DNA of 32,000 nt, taken from NCBI RefSeq assembly GCF_016806735.1, contig NZ_CP060530.1:870001-902000 (forward strand). Direction: 5' to 3'. The stretch is from Candidatus Micrarchaeum sp. GTDB lineage: Archaea > Micrarchaeota > Micrarchaeia > Micrarchaeales > Micrarchaeaceae. Positions 8,186-16,658 of the stretch are shown piece by piece. Positions within the stretch are counted from its first letter, which is position 1. Every line of letters starts with the position of its first letter. The position numbers were made by a program, and so were the translations under genes. The notes beneath the pieces were generated by a model. It did no database searches. It was given only the letters and a program-made list of their open reading frames with translations, and had not been told where the DNA came from.

Positions 8186-8380
8186 TATCCTCCTTTCTTA
8201 GGGAAGCACCTTACTAGTTAATTAAGGGCATATTAATGTATATCTTTCATTTATTTGTATTTTATGGCTAGTACTCTTTCATGACTAAAGAGAGTTTATT
8301 TAAAAATTCAACTTCATAATTAATAGCGCTGCGCGATAAGATATATGCTTAATGCGCAATTGTATGTTGGTTAGGTTACG

Positions 8381-10048
8381 ATGTATATGGTGGACACGGA
8401 AAAAAGGGTCATAATAACGGCAGCGCTTCCTTATTCCGAGGCAATACCGCACTTGGGTAATTTCGTAGGATCGATACTTCCGGCTGACGTATTCTACAAG
8501 TATTCCAAGTTGGCGGGCTACGACTCCATATTCATATGCGGCTCCGACCAGCACGGCACCCCTATAGAGATAAGGGCGCTCAAGGAAGGCGTCGAGCCCA
8601 AGGAATTTGCGGATAAAGTGCATAAGGAGATTAAGCACATATTAGAAAGGTTCGGATGCAGCTTTACGTACTACGGCAAAACCGATTCGGACAGCAACAA
8701 GAGGGCAGTTTACGAGATATTTAATGCGTTGTACAAAAACGGCTTCATAAATAAGGTGGACTCTGTAATGCCTTATTGCAACATAGATAAGAGATTCCTG
8801 ACCGATAGGTACATTGAGGGTGTATGCCCGTATTGCGGATTCGAGGGCGCACGCGGCGACCAGTGCGACAACTGCGGGCATCTGCTCAACCCCTCTGAGC
8901 TCATAAGACCTTATTGCGGCCTATGCCACAACAACGAGATAGAATTCAAGAAGACTACGAACCTTGCCATTGCGCTTGACAAATTGCAGCCTGAGATATT
9001 GGAATTCGTCAAGGGGCGCATGGGCTCATGGAGCAAAAATGCCGCGAACAAGACCATAAGCTATTTGGAGCAGGGGCTTGAGGCAAGGGAGATAACCAGG
9101 GACATGAAATGGGGATTCGAGGTGCCATTGGAGGGGTATAAGGACAAGGTATTCTATGTATGGTTCGACGCCGTGATAGGCTACATAGGCATAAGCATGG
9201 ATTGGTCCGACCAGTGGGAGCAGTACTGGAAGGGCAAGGACACCAAGCTTATACAATTCATGGGAAAGGACAACATAGAATTCCACACGATGATGTGGCC
9301 CGGGATATTGATAGGCTCGGATTTGGGCTATGTGCTGCCGCATACGATATATGCATATGAGTACCTTACCGCGAAAGGGCTCAAATTCTCAAAGAGCAGG
9401 GGGGTAGGGCTCAACATGGGGAATGCGCTTGAGATAGCAGGCTCTGATTATTGGAGGTTTGCGCTTATGTACCTTGCCCCGGAAAGCTCTGACACGGATT
9501 TTACCATTGCGCTGTTTGTCGACATAGTGAACAAGATAATGAACGGCAAGATAGGCAATTATGTGCACAGGGTGCTTACGCTGCTTAAGAATTCCGGGCT
9601 CAAAGCCTCGGAGCTCGTCGAGGACGAAAAAAGCATGGATAAAGTCGCAGTGCTGACCCGCAAGTATGCAGAAGATTTCGAGGCGCTCAAGATGAGGGAG
9701 GCGCTCAGGGAGCTTGTGGCAATAGCAGACATAGGCAACGAGATGATAAGCAGCAGCAAGCCCTGGGAACTGATAGGCAAGGATGGCGTCAAGCAGGGCA
9801 GCGAGGGCAGGGCTAAAGAGCTTCTGGGGGGAATGGTTTCGATAGTGAGAAGGATGGGTGTGCTGATGTGGCCTTTCGCCCCTGATGCTTCGTCAAAGAT
9901 TTTGAAGAGGTTCGGCATATCGGAACCAAGGCTTTCTGACCTGGAGAAGCCGTTGAAAGAATTGAATCTCGAAGGGCTTGGGCCCGTTTTCAGCAAGCTA
10001 AGCGACAAGCAGCTCAAGGAGCTCGAAAGATTTGAGGAAGACAGCTGA
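8381..10048 (+). CDS. metG: Methionyl-tRNA synthetase
   Basis: Has the class I HIGH-type motif PHLGNFVGS, the KMSKS-type motif KFSKSRG and Zn knuckles (CPYCG...CDNCG...CGLC). At 555 aa it has no appended C-terminal tRNA-binding domain. Confidence 0.95.
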   Translation: MYMVDTEKRVIITAALPYSEAIPHLGNFVGSILPADVFYKYSKLAGYDSIFICGSDQHGTPIEIRALKEGVEPKEFADKVHKEIKHILERFGCSFTYYGKTDSDSNKRAVYEIFNALYKNGFINKVDSVMPYCNIDKRFLTDRYIEGVCPYCGFEGARGDQCDNCGHLLNPSELIRPYCGLCHNNEIEFKKTTNLAIALDKLQPEILEFVKGRMGSWSKNAANKTISYLEQGLEAREITRDMKWGFEVPLEGYKDKVFYVWFDAVIGYIGISMDWSDQWEQYWKGKDTKLIQFMGKDNIEFHTMMWPGILIGSDLGYVLPHTIYAYEYLTAKGLKFSKSRGVGLNMGNALEIAGSDYWRFALMYLAPESSDTDFTIALFVDIVNKIMNGKIGNYVHRVLTLLKNSGLKASELVEDEKSMDKVAVLTRKYAEDFEALKMREALRELVAIADIGNEMISSSKPWELIGKDGVKQGSEGRAKELLGGMVSIVRRMGVLMWPFAPDASSKILKRFGISEPRLSDLEKPLKELNLEGLGPVFSKLSDKQLKELERFEEDS

Positions 10049-10083
10049 AAGGAATAAATATTTCTGAAGCGGCAATAATTCTT

Positions 10084-10758
10084 ATGTACGTCAACACGTA
10101 TAGGGAATATGGCATTTACCCGAACAAGGTTAGCACGCTCTCTGCGGTTGAACTGCTGCGCAGCGGTGAAAAGGCTCATTTTGCCAGCTTTTCGGTAGAC
10201 TTGGTTGGAGTGGTATCAGATCGCGGTGACGGAAAGTATCACATAGACATGCAAGCTTCGGGCAATGGCAACGACTACTACGTGCTTTGCATGTCATCAA
10301 ATAACGCCGGAAGGTTCGTTCTCGAATCCATAAAAAGGATGGCACTTATGAACAATGAGGTTTCGGACAATACAACCCTAAGCGTATATGCTTCGAAAGA
10401 GCCGCAGGGAAAGGCATTGCACGGAGTTAACGTGCCGGTGCTGTACGCCGACATGGATATTGATGAAAATGCCGGGCTGCATTATAAGCTTTCTGGGGCG
10501 CAGTATTTCGACTATCTTGAGGGCAGGACAAGAAACAGCACCTCGCTCAACATTTATTACCTAAGCCCATTTAGTTACACTGACAAAAATGGCAGGCGCG
10601 CACAGATAACCACCAACGTAGTGCTTAGCAACATGGAGATCGGAATTGCAAGCGCCAAGGAGGAGCTCGAAAGGATGCTTAGAAATCACGGCGCTTATGG
10701 CAGCGAATACAGGCAGACGAATCTTGAGAACTTTGAAGCAGGGCATACAAAATTTTAA
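10084..10758 (+). CDS. Hypothetical cytoplasmic protein
   Basis: A 224-aa ORF with the same codon usage as its neighbours. An AATAAATATTT TATA-like element lies about 25 nt upstream, so the transcript is probably leaderless. I see no signal peptide and no recognisable motif. The segment FSVDLVGVVSDRGDGKYHIDM is vaguely OB-fold-like; this is weak. Confidence 0.6.
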   Translation: MYVNTYREYGIYPNKVSTLSAVELLRSGEKAHFASFSVDLVGVVSDRGDGKYHIDMQASGNGNDYYVLCMSSNNAGRFVLESIKRMALMNNEVSDNTTLSVYASKEPQGKALHGVNVPVLYADMDIDENAGLHYKLSGAQYFDYLEGRTRNSTSLNIYYLSPFSYTDKNGRRAQITTNVVLSNMEIGIASAKEELERMLRNHGAYGSEYRQTNLENFEAGHTKF

Positions 10759-10824
10759 AAGCTTATATATGCAAATTAACCCATATAAGCATCTCTTTTG
10801 CTTTCAGGATAAAAAAGTGAGTTT

Positions 10825-11220
10825 ATGAGTCAATTTAGCAGGCAGGTGCACGGCCCATCCGAAACGAAGGGCTCGGGCAACGGCAAGAGGAAGATAAAGT
10901 TCAAGGACAAGAGAAGGAGCAACGCCGGCAATTACTTCAGCGCTACAAAGCTCGCGGCCGGAGACGTAGCCGAGCCCGTGAGGAGGCGCGGAGGCTCCGA
11001 GACAGTAAGGCTCAAGGCTGCCAAAAGCGTTAACGTACTGACCAAGGAGGGCTACAAAAAGCTCGAGATAAAGGGAGTGCTGGAGTCCAAAGACAACAGG
11101 AACTTCGCCAGGCAGAACATCATAACCAAGGGCACGATAATAAACACCGACATGGGCAAGGCAGTGGTTGTGAACAGGCCCGGAAGGGAAGGCACTGTCA
11201 TAGCCAAGCTTATATCGTGA
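10825..11220 (+). CDS. rps8e: 30S ribosomal protein S8e
   Basis: Small basic protein with an S8e-like N-terminus (KGSGNGKRKIKFKDKRR) and C-terminus (KGTIINTDMGKAVVVNRPGREGTVIAKLI). Confidence 0.85.
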   Translation: MSQFSRQVHGPSETKGSGNGKRKIKFKDKRRSNAGNYFSATKLAAGDVAEPVRRRGGSETVRLKAAKSVNVLTKEGYKKLEIKGVLESKDNRNFARQNIITKGTIINTDMGKAVVVNRPGREGTVIAKLIS

Positions 11221-11224
11221 TTTT

Positions 11225-11689
11225 ATGTCTGAAAGGGTTTACTCTTTCGACAAGGCAGCCATGGATAAGCTTTCCAAGGCGCTTTCCTACGATCCGTACC
11301 TGGACAAGAACCTGCTCCCGGACATGCCGAAGGAATTCGACGACAAGAAGTACTTGGAGCAGCACCCCGAGGCGAGAGAGCAGTACGAGGCGCTGCAAAA
11401 GCGCATAGAGGATGCGAAGGACAGGCTCAAAAACGACAAAAGCCTCAACGTAATATTTGCGAGGCAGGAATACAGCCTAAGAGAGGGAGCATCTCTTGGA
11501 CTGAATCCGGACAAATGCTATTTGTATCTTAAGGCAAACGATGAATTCCTGAAAAATGCCGAGGACAGGCTCAAGGATGAATACGAAAGCTTCGCCAAGG
11601 CCGACGATGAGACTTCACAGAAGGTAATAAAGGCAATACACGATGAGGAGGACCGTGCGAACGCCGGATTCGGATCCATTTTCGGGTAG
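11225..11689 (+). CDS. Hypothetical acidic helical protein with a ribosomal P-stalk-like C-terminal tail
   Basis: The ATG is 4 nt after the rps8e stop, and its own stop is 5 nt before the argF start. The 154-aa protein is rich in charged residues and ends ...HDEEDRANAGFGSIFG. Confidence 0.7.
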   Translation: MSERVYSFDKAAMDKLSKALSYDPYLDKNLLPDMPKEFDDKKYLEQHPEAREQYEALQKRIEDAKDRLKNDKSLNVIFARQEYSLREGASLGLNPDKCYLYLKANDEFLKNAEDRLKDEYESFAKADDETSQKVIKAIHDEEDRANAGFGSIFG

Positions 11690-11694
11690 TGTAG

Positions 11695-12597
11695 ATGAAT
11701 ATACTCAGCATCAACGACCTCTCCAAGGAAGACATGCTGAGGATATTTGATATAGCAGACAACCTCAAGGAGAACAAGGAACAGGCATCGCTTCGCGAAA
11801 ACTCCACGCTGGCACTTTTTTTTGAAAAGCCCTCTACAAGGACAAGGACCTCGTTTGAAGCGGGCATATCGCAGCTCGGAGGCAAGGGCATATACATAGA
11901 CGCTGCGACATCGCAGAGGAGCAGGGGCGAAAGCTATTCTGACATAGGGAAGATGCTGAGCAGCTACTGCGATTTCATAGCGGCAAGGCTCTACAAGCAC
12001 GACGACATCGTTGAAATGGCCGAGAACTCCGCAGTCCCGGTGATAAACGCGCTCACTGACCTTGAGCACCCGACCCAGGCCCTGGTGGACATGTATACGA
12101 TGAATTCGCACATAAAGAACTTCAAGGACATAAGCATAGCATTTATAGGAGACATAGCGACCAACACGGCAAATTCGCTGATGCTCGCTGCGACCAAGCT
12201 CAACAGCAGGATATCCCTGGTCGGCCCAAAAGATTACATGCCGAACAACGCCTATTTCAACAAGGCAAGGGAGCACGGGCTCGTATATGTATACGACAGC
12301 ATAAAGGAGGGGCTTGACGGGGCCAACATAGTGTATACTGATACCTTTGTGAGCATGGGCCAGGAAGGCGAAGCGGACAAGAGGCGCGAAATGTTCAAGG
12401 ATTACCAGGTGAATTCGAAGCTGCTAGAATATGCCAGCCAGGATGCGCTCGTAATGCATTGCCTTCCGGCGCACCGCGGCGAAGAGATTACTGCAGAGGT
12501 CATAGATGGACCCAGGAGCATAGTCTGGGAACAGGCGAAAAACAAGCTTCTGATAGCCAAGGCAGTGCTGCTTTTCCTCTCATTGAAGCAGCAGTAG
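11695..12597 (+). CDS. argF: Ornithine carbamoyltransferase
   Basis: Has the carbamoyl-phosphate motif STRTR and HPTQ, plus the OTC-specific DTFVSMG (DxxxSMG) and HCLPA motifs. Confidence 0.9.
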   Translation: MNILSINDLSKEDMLRIFDIADNLKENKEQASLRENSTLALFFEKPSTRTRTSFEAGISQLGGKGIYIDAATSQRSRGESYSDIGKMLSSYCDFIAARLYKHDDIVEMAENSAVPVINALTDLEHPTQALVDMYTMNSHIKNFKDISIAFIGDIATNTANSLMLAATKLNSRISLVGPKDYMPNNAYFNKAREHGLVYVYDSIKEGLDGANIVYTDTFVSMGQEGEADKRREMFKDYQVNSKLLEYASQDALVMHCLPAHRGEEITAEVIDGPRSIVWEQAKNKLLIAKAVLLFLSLKQQ

Positions 12598-12650
12598 CGC
12601 CATGAGCCGCAAATGCACATTATATAAAATTTGTCCTAGAATGTATTATC

Positions 12651-13316
12651 ATGGATCTTTTCGGCAAAATAGCAATCGCCACGATAGTGATAATATTCAT
12701 TCTAGGCGTCATATTCGGAGCAGGGCTGCTATTATATCATCCAGTGTCTAAGCCGCTGACTTCTGCACAGGCAGAAGCGCTGGTTCTGAAAGACATACAG
12801 CAGGAATATCCCAATGCCGTGTTCAGCGTCATAAGCATATCTAGGTCAAACCTAACAGCTGACAGCTGGAACGTCGTTCTCAACGTAGTTTACAATTCAA
12901 CCAAGGCATGCCCAGAAGTCATGACCGAAGGATTTGATTACCCTGCAGTCACGCTTGTGCCGAGCGACGAGGTGCTTTACGCATCAAATTGCAAGGTGTA
13001 CGGCTTCGGCTATGCTCCGGACTACGTGATATCGCAGCCTTACATAGCCATTACGAGGGCATACGAATCCGGAAACGCGTCGATATTGAATTATATCGAC
13101 GGACATGGATACAACAACACCAATGCATACGCGAGCTATTACGAGACCGGAAACTCGTTCCTTTACTCTGTCGGAATAAATTCCACCGATGCGTGGATCA
13201 TAAAATATAATGCAACAGACACTGCAAACGTCCTGTATGCCGCGATGGGAACCAACGGGACAATACTAGCCACATCGGTGGTTAATGCGAGCAATTATAC
13301 CGATTCGATAAACTGA
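12651..13316 (+). CDS. N-terminally membrane-anchored, sequon-rich extracellular protein (two PepSY-like halves?)
   Basis: One N-terminal TM (IAIATIVIIFILGVIFGAGLLLY) and nine N-x-S/T sequons in the ectodomain. A TATA-like TATATAAAAT at 12620-12629 is about 22 nt upstream of the ATG. Confidence 0.7.
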   Translation: MDLFGKIAIATIVIIFILGVIFGAGLLLYHPVSKPLTSAQAEALVLKDIQQEYPNAVFSVISISRSNLTADSWNVVLNVVYNSTKACPEVMTEGFDYPAVTLVPSDEVLYASNCKVYGFGYAPDYVISQPYIAITRAYESGNASILNYIDGHGYNNTNAYASYYETGNSFLYSVGINSTDAWIIKYNATDTANVLYAAMGTNGTILATSVVNASNYTDSIN

Positions 13317-13463
13317 GAGTCAAGCAAAAACCGTTTATACTGATACTTTTATTTGTTCCAAAGTATTGCTATTTTTACCAATATATCTTTATTTTACTTT
13401 AATACAGGCATTTAGAAGAGTACATGATTCTGGACTACAATTAATATTTTGCCTAACAAAAGG

Positions 13464-13472
13464 CTTTTAAAG
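13464..13472 (+). promoter_or_regulatory. TATA-like element upstream of the ftsZ pair
   Basis: CTTTTAAAG is preceded by the purine-rich AAAAGG (BRE-like). It is about 42 nt upstream of ATG 13514, within a 197-bp AT-rich spacer. Confidence 0.35.
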
Positions 13473-13513
13473 CTTATCAGAGAAATTTTTTCGACCAAAA
13501 AAAGGCGATCTGA

Positions 13514-14572
13514 ATGAGCGACTTCGTTAACAACATACTGGGTGGAAACGCTTCGACGAGCGAAACACAGGAGATGGGGTCTTCCCAAATAAAAATAATA
13601 ACGGCAGGATTTGGAGGAGGCGGAAACAACATAGTGAACAGGCTGGTGAAAGCGGGAGTTAAGGGAACCGAATTTATAGCTTTCAACACTGACTACCAGC
13701 ATTTCAAGATAATCGACGACAGAATCAACAAGATACTGATAGGAAAAACCCTGACCAGGGGCCTGGGCGCAGGAGGCGACCCGCTTCTGGGCGCGAAGGC
13801 TGCCGAAGTCGACAGGCCTTTGATAGAAAAGGCGTTTGAGGGAGCACAGCTTGCATTCCTATGTGCAGGAATGGGCGGAGGAACAGGAACAGGATCCATA
13901 AAAGTGGCTGCGCAGATTGCGAAGGAGCAGGGCGCGATAGTAGTTTCTATGGTAACGTACCCGTTCGACCTTGAAGGGATAAGAAAGGTAAAGGCCGAAG
14001 AGGGAATACAGGAGCTTAGGAAGTACTGCGACAGCGTCATAATCATAGACAACAACAGGCTGGTAAAGCTGGTGCCAAACCTTCCGATGAACGAAGCGTT
14101 CGCCCTTGCGGACGAGGTTCTTGCGAAGGCAATAGGAGGGCTTGTATGGACAATAACGCAGCCGAGCCTGATAAACATAGACTTCGCAGACGTAAGGTCC
14201 ATAATGGGCAACGGGCAGGTAGGCTTTATTGCAGTTGGAAGCGGCAAGGGCACAGACAAGGTCAACATAGCTGCAGAGTCTGTTTTGAAGAACAAGCTTC
14301 TTGACGTAGACTTCGAAAACGCTAAGGGAGCCCTTATACACATATCCGGAGGCGCGTCCCTGACAATAGGCGATGCGATAAAAGCTGGAGAAATCATAAC
14401 CGACAGGATGGACCCGAAGGCCAACATAAAATGGGGCGCGAGGCTGATACCAGGTTACGATGACCAGATCGAGATAGTGGCGATAGTCACTGGCGTAAGG
14501 GGCAGCAGCATAGTAGGCAAGCTTGAAGAAAAAAGGCAGAGCTCGTACTCTGACCTGGAGATGATAGGCTAA
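13514..14572 (+). CDS. ftsZ: Cell division GTPase FtsZ (paralog A)
   Basis: Has GFGGGGNNIVNRL, the tubulin signature GMGGGTGTG and the T7 loop NIDFADV. The tail ends ...SSYSDLEMIG. Confidence 0.95.
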   Translation: MSDFVNNILGGNASTSETQEMGSSQIKIITAGFGGGGNNIVNRLVKAGVKGTEFIAFNTDYQHFKIIDDRINKILIGKTLTRGLGAGGDPLLGAKAAEVDRPLIEKAFEGAQLAFLCAGMGGGTGTGSIKVAAQIAKEQGAIVVSMVTYPFDLEGIRKVKAEEGIQELRKYCDSVIIIDNNRLVKLVPNLPMNEAFALADEVLAKAIGGLVWTITQPSLINIDFADVRSIMGNGQVGFIAVGSGKGTDKVNIAAESVLKNKLLDVDFENAKGALIHISGGASLTIGDAIKAGEIITDRMDPKANIKWGARLIPGYDDQIEIVAIVTGVRGSSIVGKLEEKRQSSYSDLEMIG

Positions 14573-14583
14573 TCGGTGGGCAA

Positions 14584-15615
14584 ATGAACAACTTTGATAT
14601 GGACGATGAAGACCTTTTCAGGGCAAAGATAGCAGTAGTAGGAGCAGGAGGACAGGGCAGCAACCTTGTCAATAGGCTCTACAACAATGGATTGAAGAGC
14701 GCTGCAACAATTGCCGTAAACACCGATGCAAAACACCTCAACATGATAAAGGCAGACAAGAAGCTGCTCATAGGAAAGGAGATAACGAGAGGGCTCGGAG
14801 CCGGCGGATTCCCGGAAATTGGAATGAAAGCTGCAGAAGCGAGTCAGGGCGAAATCCTGGAAGCGATAAAAGGCTATGACATGGTATTCGTGTCTGCAGG
14901 AATGGGCGGAGGAACAGGAGGAGGCTCAGCGCCAGTGATAGCAAAGCTCGCAAAGGAGGAGGGCGCACTGGTCATAGGCTTCGTCACGTACCCGTTCTCG
15001 CTGGAAAGAAGCAGGAAGACAAAGGCGGATTGGTCGCTGGAGCAGCTCAGGAAGAATGCCGACACCACTATAATAGTGGAGAACGACAGGCTTTTGAGCT
15101 ACGCGCCGAACCTTCCGGTGGAAAAATCCTTTGAGCTGGTAGACAACATAGCCTACAACGCAGTAAAGGGGATAACCGATGTCATAACGCTGCCCAGCCT
15201 GATAAACATAGACTTCGCCGACCTGAGGGCTGTGCTGAGAGACGGAGGCACTGCAGTCATAAACCTCGGATTCGGAAACGGAACCGACAGAGTACAGAAA
15301 GCCATAAAGTCCACGCTGTCGCACCCATTGCTGAACGTAGACATAACCAACGGCAAGAACGCGATGATCCACGTTACCGGAGGCACATCAATGACAATTG
15401 ATGAAGCAACCAGAATCGGGCGCGGCGTGACCGAGGGAATGGATGCGAAGGCAAACGTGATATTCGGCTCCAGGCTGAGCCCTGAGATGAACGACCAGAT
15501 AAGAGTCATGTCAATAGTAACTGGCGTGACGCCAAATCTGAACGGCAGCATCCCGAAAAGCACAAGCACGGAGTACAACACAGAATTCCTTTCGGGAGTT
15601 GACAGGATTTATTGA
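14584..15615 (+). CDS. ftsZ: Cell division GTPase FtsZ (paralog B)
   Basis: Has GAGGQGSNLVNRL, GMGGGTGGG and NIDFADL. The ATG is 4 nt after GGTGG and 11 nt after the stop of the first ftsZ. Confidence 0.95.
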   Translation: MNNFDMDDEDLFRAKIAVVGAGGQGSNLVNRLYNNGLKSAATIAVNTDAKHLNMIKADKKLLIGKEITRGLGAGGFPEIGMKAAEASQGEILEAIKGYDMVFVSAGMGGGTGGGSAPVIAKLAKEEGALVIGFVTYPFSLERSRKTKADWSLEQLRKNADTTIIVENDRLLSYAPNLPVEKSFELVDNIAYNAVKGITDVITLPSLINIDFADLRAVLRDGGTAVINLGFGNGTDRVQKAIKSTLSHPLLNVDITNGKNAMIHVTGGTSMTIDEATRIGRGVTEGMDAKANVIFGSRLSPEMNDQIRVMSIVTGVTPNLNGSIPKSTSTEYNTEFLSGVDRIY

Positions 15616-15623
15616 TTTGTTTT

Positions 15624-15662
15624 GGGCGCTGATGCGCCCGTACTTTACATTTTTTGTTTGTT
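15624..15662 (+). terminator. Stem-loop plus oligo-T tract downstream of the ftsZ pair
   Basis: GGGCGC (15624-15629), loop TGAT, then GCGCCC (15634-15639), followed by TTTTTTGTTTGTT. Archaeal termination commonly uses oligo-T tracts. Confidence 0.5.
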
Positions 15663-15683
15663 AAGGCACGGCATTATCTAACG

Positions 15684-15692
15684 TTTATATAA
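15684..15692 (+). promoter_or_regulatory. TATA box candidate for the aIF5A-S24e-S27ae gene string
   Basis: TTTATATAA lies about 45 nt upstream of ATG 15737. Confidence 0.45.
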
Positions 15693-15736
15693 CTTTTGTA
15701 TACTAATCCTATGTACAATCACTATTGGTAATTTTG

Positions 15737-16147
15737 ATGACTGAAGGAGAGATACTTAGAGCTTCGATGAAGGAGATTAAGGTAGGAAGATTCATAGTTA
15801 TCGATGACATACCGTGCAAGGTAGTCGATATAGAGACCAGCTCGCCCGGAAAGCACGGATCGGCAAAGATGCGCATTACCGCCATAGGCATATTTGACGG
15901 CCAGAAGAAGACACTCCTGAAGCCGAGCGATGGCGATACCGAAGTGCCGGTAATAAAGAAGAAAAAGTCGCAGGTGGTATCTGCTACAGATACAACTGCA
16001 CAGCTTATGGATCCCGAAACCTATGAAGTTTTCGACCTTCCCGTACCTGAAGAACTCAGGGGAAAGCTTGAGTCCGGAACAATGGTCGAGGTTCTTGAAG
16101 CAATGGGAAAGAGGGCAATTTCAAGGATACTGGGTAGCAACGAGTGA
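15737..16147 (+). CDS. eif5a: Translation initiation factor 5A (aIF5A)
   Basis: Hypusine-loop motif SSPGKHGSAKMRI. The track ORF begins at TTG 15725, but ATG 15737 is the more likely start. Confidence 0.9.
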   Translation: MTEGEILRASMKEIKVGRFIVIDDIPCKVVDIETSSPGKHGSAKMRITAIGIFDGQKKTLLKPSDGDTEVPVIKKKKSQVVSATDTTAQLMDPETYEVFDLPVPEELRGKLESGTMVEVLEAMGKRAISRILGSNE

Positions 16148-16152
16148 TTTTT

Positions 16153-16473
16153 ATGGAAATTAAAATATCTAACGACAAAGAAAACAAGCTTTTCAAGAGG
16201 CGCGAGATAAGCTTCTTGGTTGTAGGAGAGGAGAAGACGCCTTCGGCGGCACAGGTAAAAAAGGAGCTTTGCAAGAAGCTAAACGTCAGCCCTGACGCTA
16301 CGCTGATAAAGGAGCTTTACCAGGCCTTCGGGGAGAGGATGTGCAGCGGCACCGCAGTATCGTACGAGACAGCAGACGCGATGACACAGAATGAGCAGAA
16401 GCACAAGCTTGACAGGAGGGCCAAAGCCGAAAGCAAAGGGCAGAAAGCAGAGGAAGGCGAAAAGAAGGAGTAA
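16153..16473 (+). CDS. rps24e: 30S ribosomal protein S24e
   Basis: S24e-like N-terminus MEIKISNDKENKLFKRREISF with a Lys/Glu-rich tail. ATG 16153 lies within the track ORF that begins at GTG 16144. Confidence 0.85.
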   Translation: MEIKISNDKENKLFKRREISFLVVGEEKTPSAAQVKKELCKKLNVSPDATLIKELYQAFGERMCSGTAVSYETADAMTQNEQKHKLDRRAKAESKGQKAEEGEKKE

Positions 16474-16484
16474 TGGTGTTTTGA

Positions 16485-16658
16485 ATGGCTGAAAAAAAAG
16501 GCAATGAAGCAGGAAAGAAAAAGCAGGCCAAGAAGGCTTACAAGCCTGGCAAGATGTGCCCAAAGTGCGGCTCAAGAATGGCTGAGCATGCGGACAGGTA
16601 TTCCTGCGGGAAGTGCGGCTATACCGAATTCAAGAGCCAGAAAAAGAGCGGTGCTTGA
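16485..16658 (+). CDS. rps27ae: 30S ribosomal protein S27ae (eS31), zinc-ribbon type; absent from the supplied ORF track (57 aa)
   Basis: My own translation is [57 protein letters not shown]. It has CPKC...CGKC zinc-ribbon spacing and the conserved rps24e-rps27ae gene order. The 85-aa track ORF 16504-16761 is in another frame. Confidence 0.85.
   Translation: MAEKKGNEAGKKKQAKKAYKPGKMCPKCGSRMAEHADRYSCGKCGYTEFKSQKKSGA

Noticed and set aside
7783-8380. Possible replication origin next to mcm (AT-rich spacers 7783-7869 and 8186-8380).
   Set aside because: I could find no repeated ORB-like elements or long inverted repeats, and no orc1/cdc6 gene is adjacent. Most of the interval is occupied by the SD-led small gene. 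The AT-rich parts are adequately explained as promoters.
11518-12276. Very long antisense ORFs inside confirmed genes. Examples are 252 aa opposite argF, 244 aa (13693-14427) opposite ftsZ, 206 aa (9559-10179) opposite metG, 202 aa (4810-5418) opposite the presenilin homolog and 175 aa (16572-17099) opposite the CPBP gene.
   Set aside because: The sense-strand genes have unambiguous catalytic motifs. The antisense translations are low-complexity (Ser/Leu/Cys/Arg-rich) with no motifs. Their openness is explained by the strong codon and amino-acid bias, which leaves few sense-strand triplets that read as stops in the antisense frames. I see no independent start signals.
15735-15744. TGATGACTGA reads like a C box immediately followed by a D box.
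   Set aside because: It contains the aIF5A start codon (ATG 15737). The two boxes are adjacent with no guide region and there are no terminal complementary stems, so this is coincidence.
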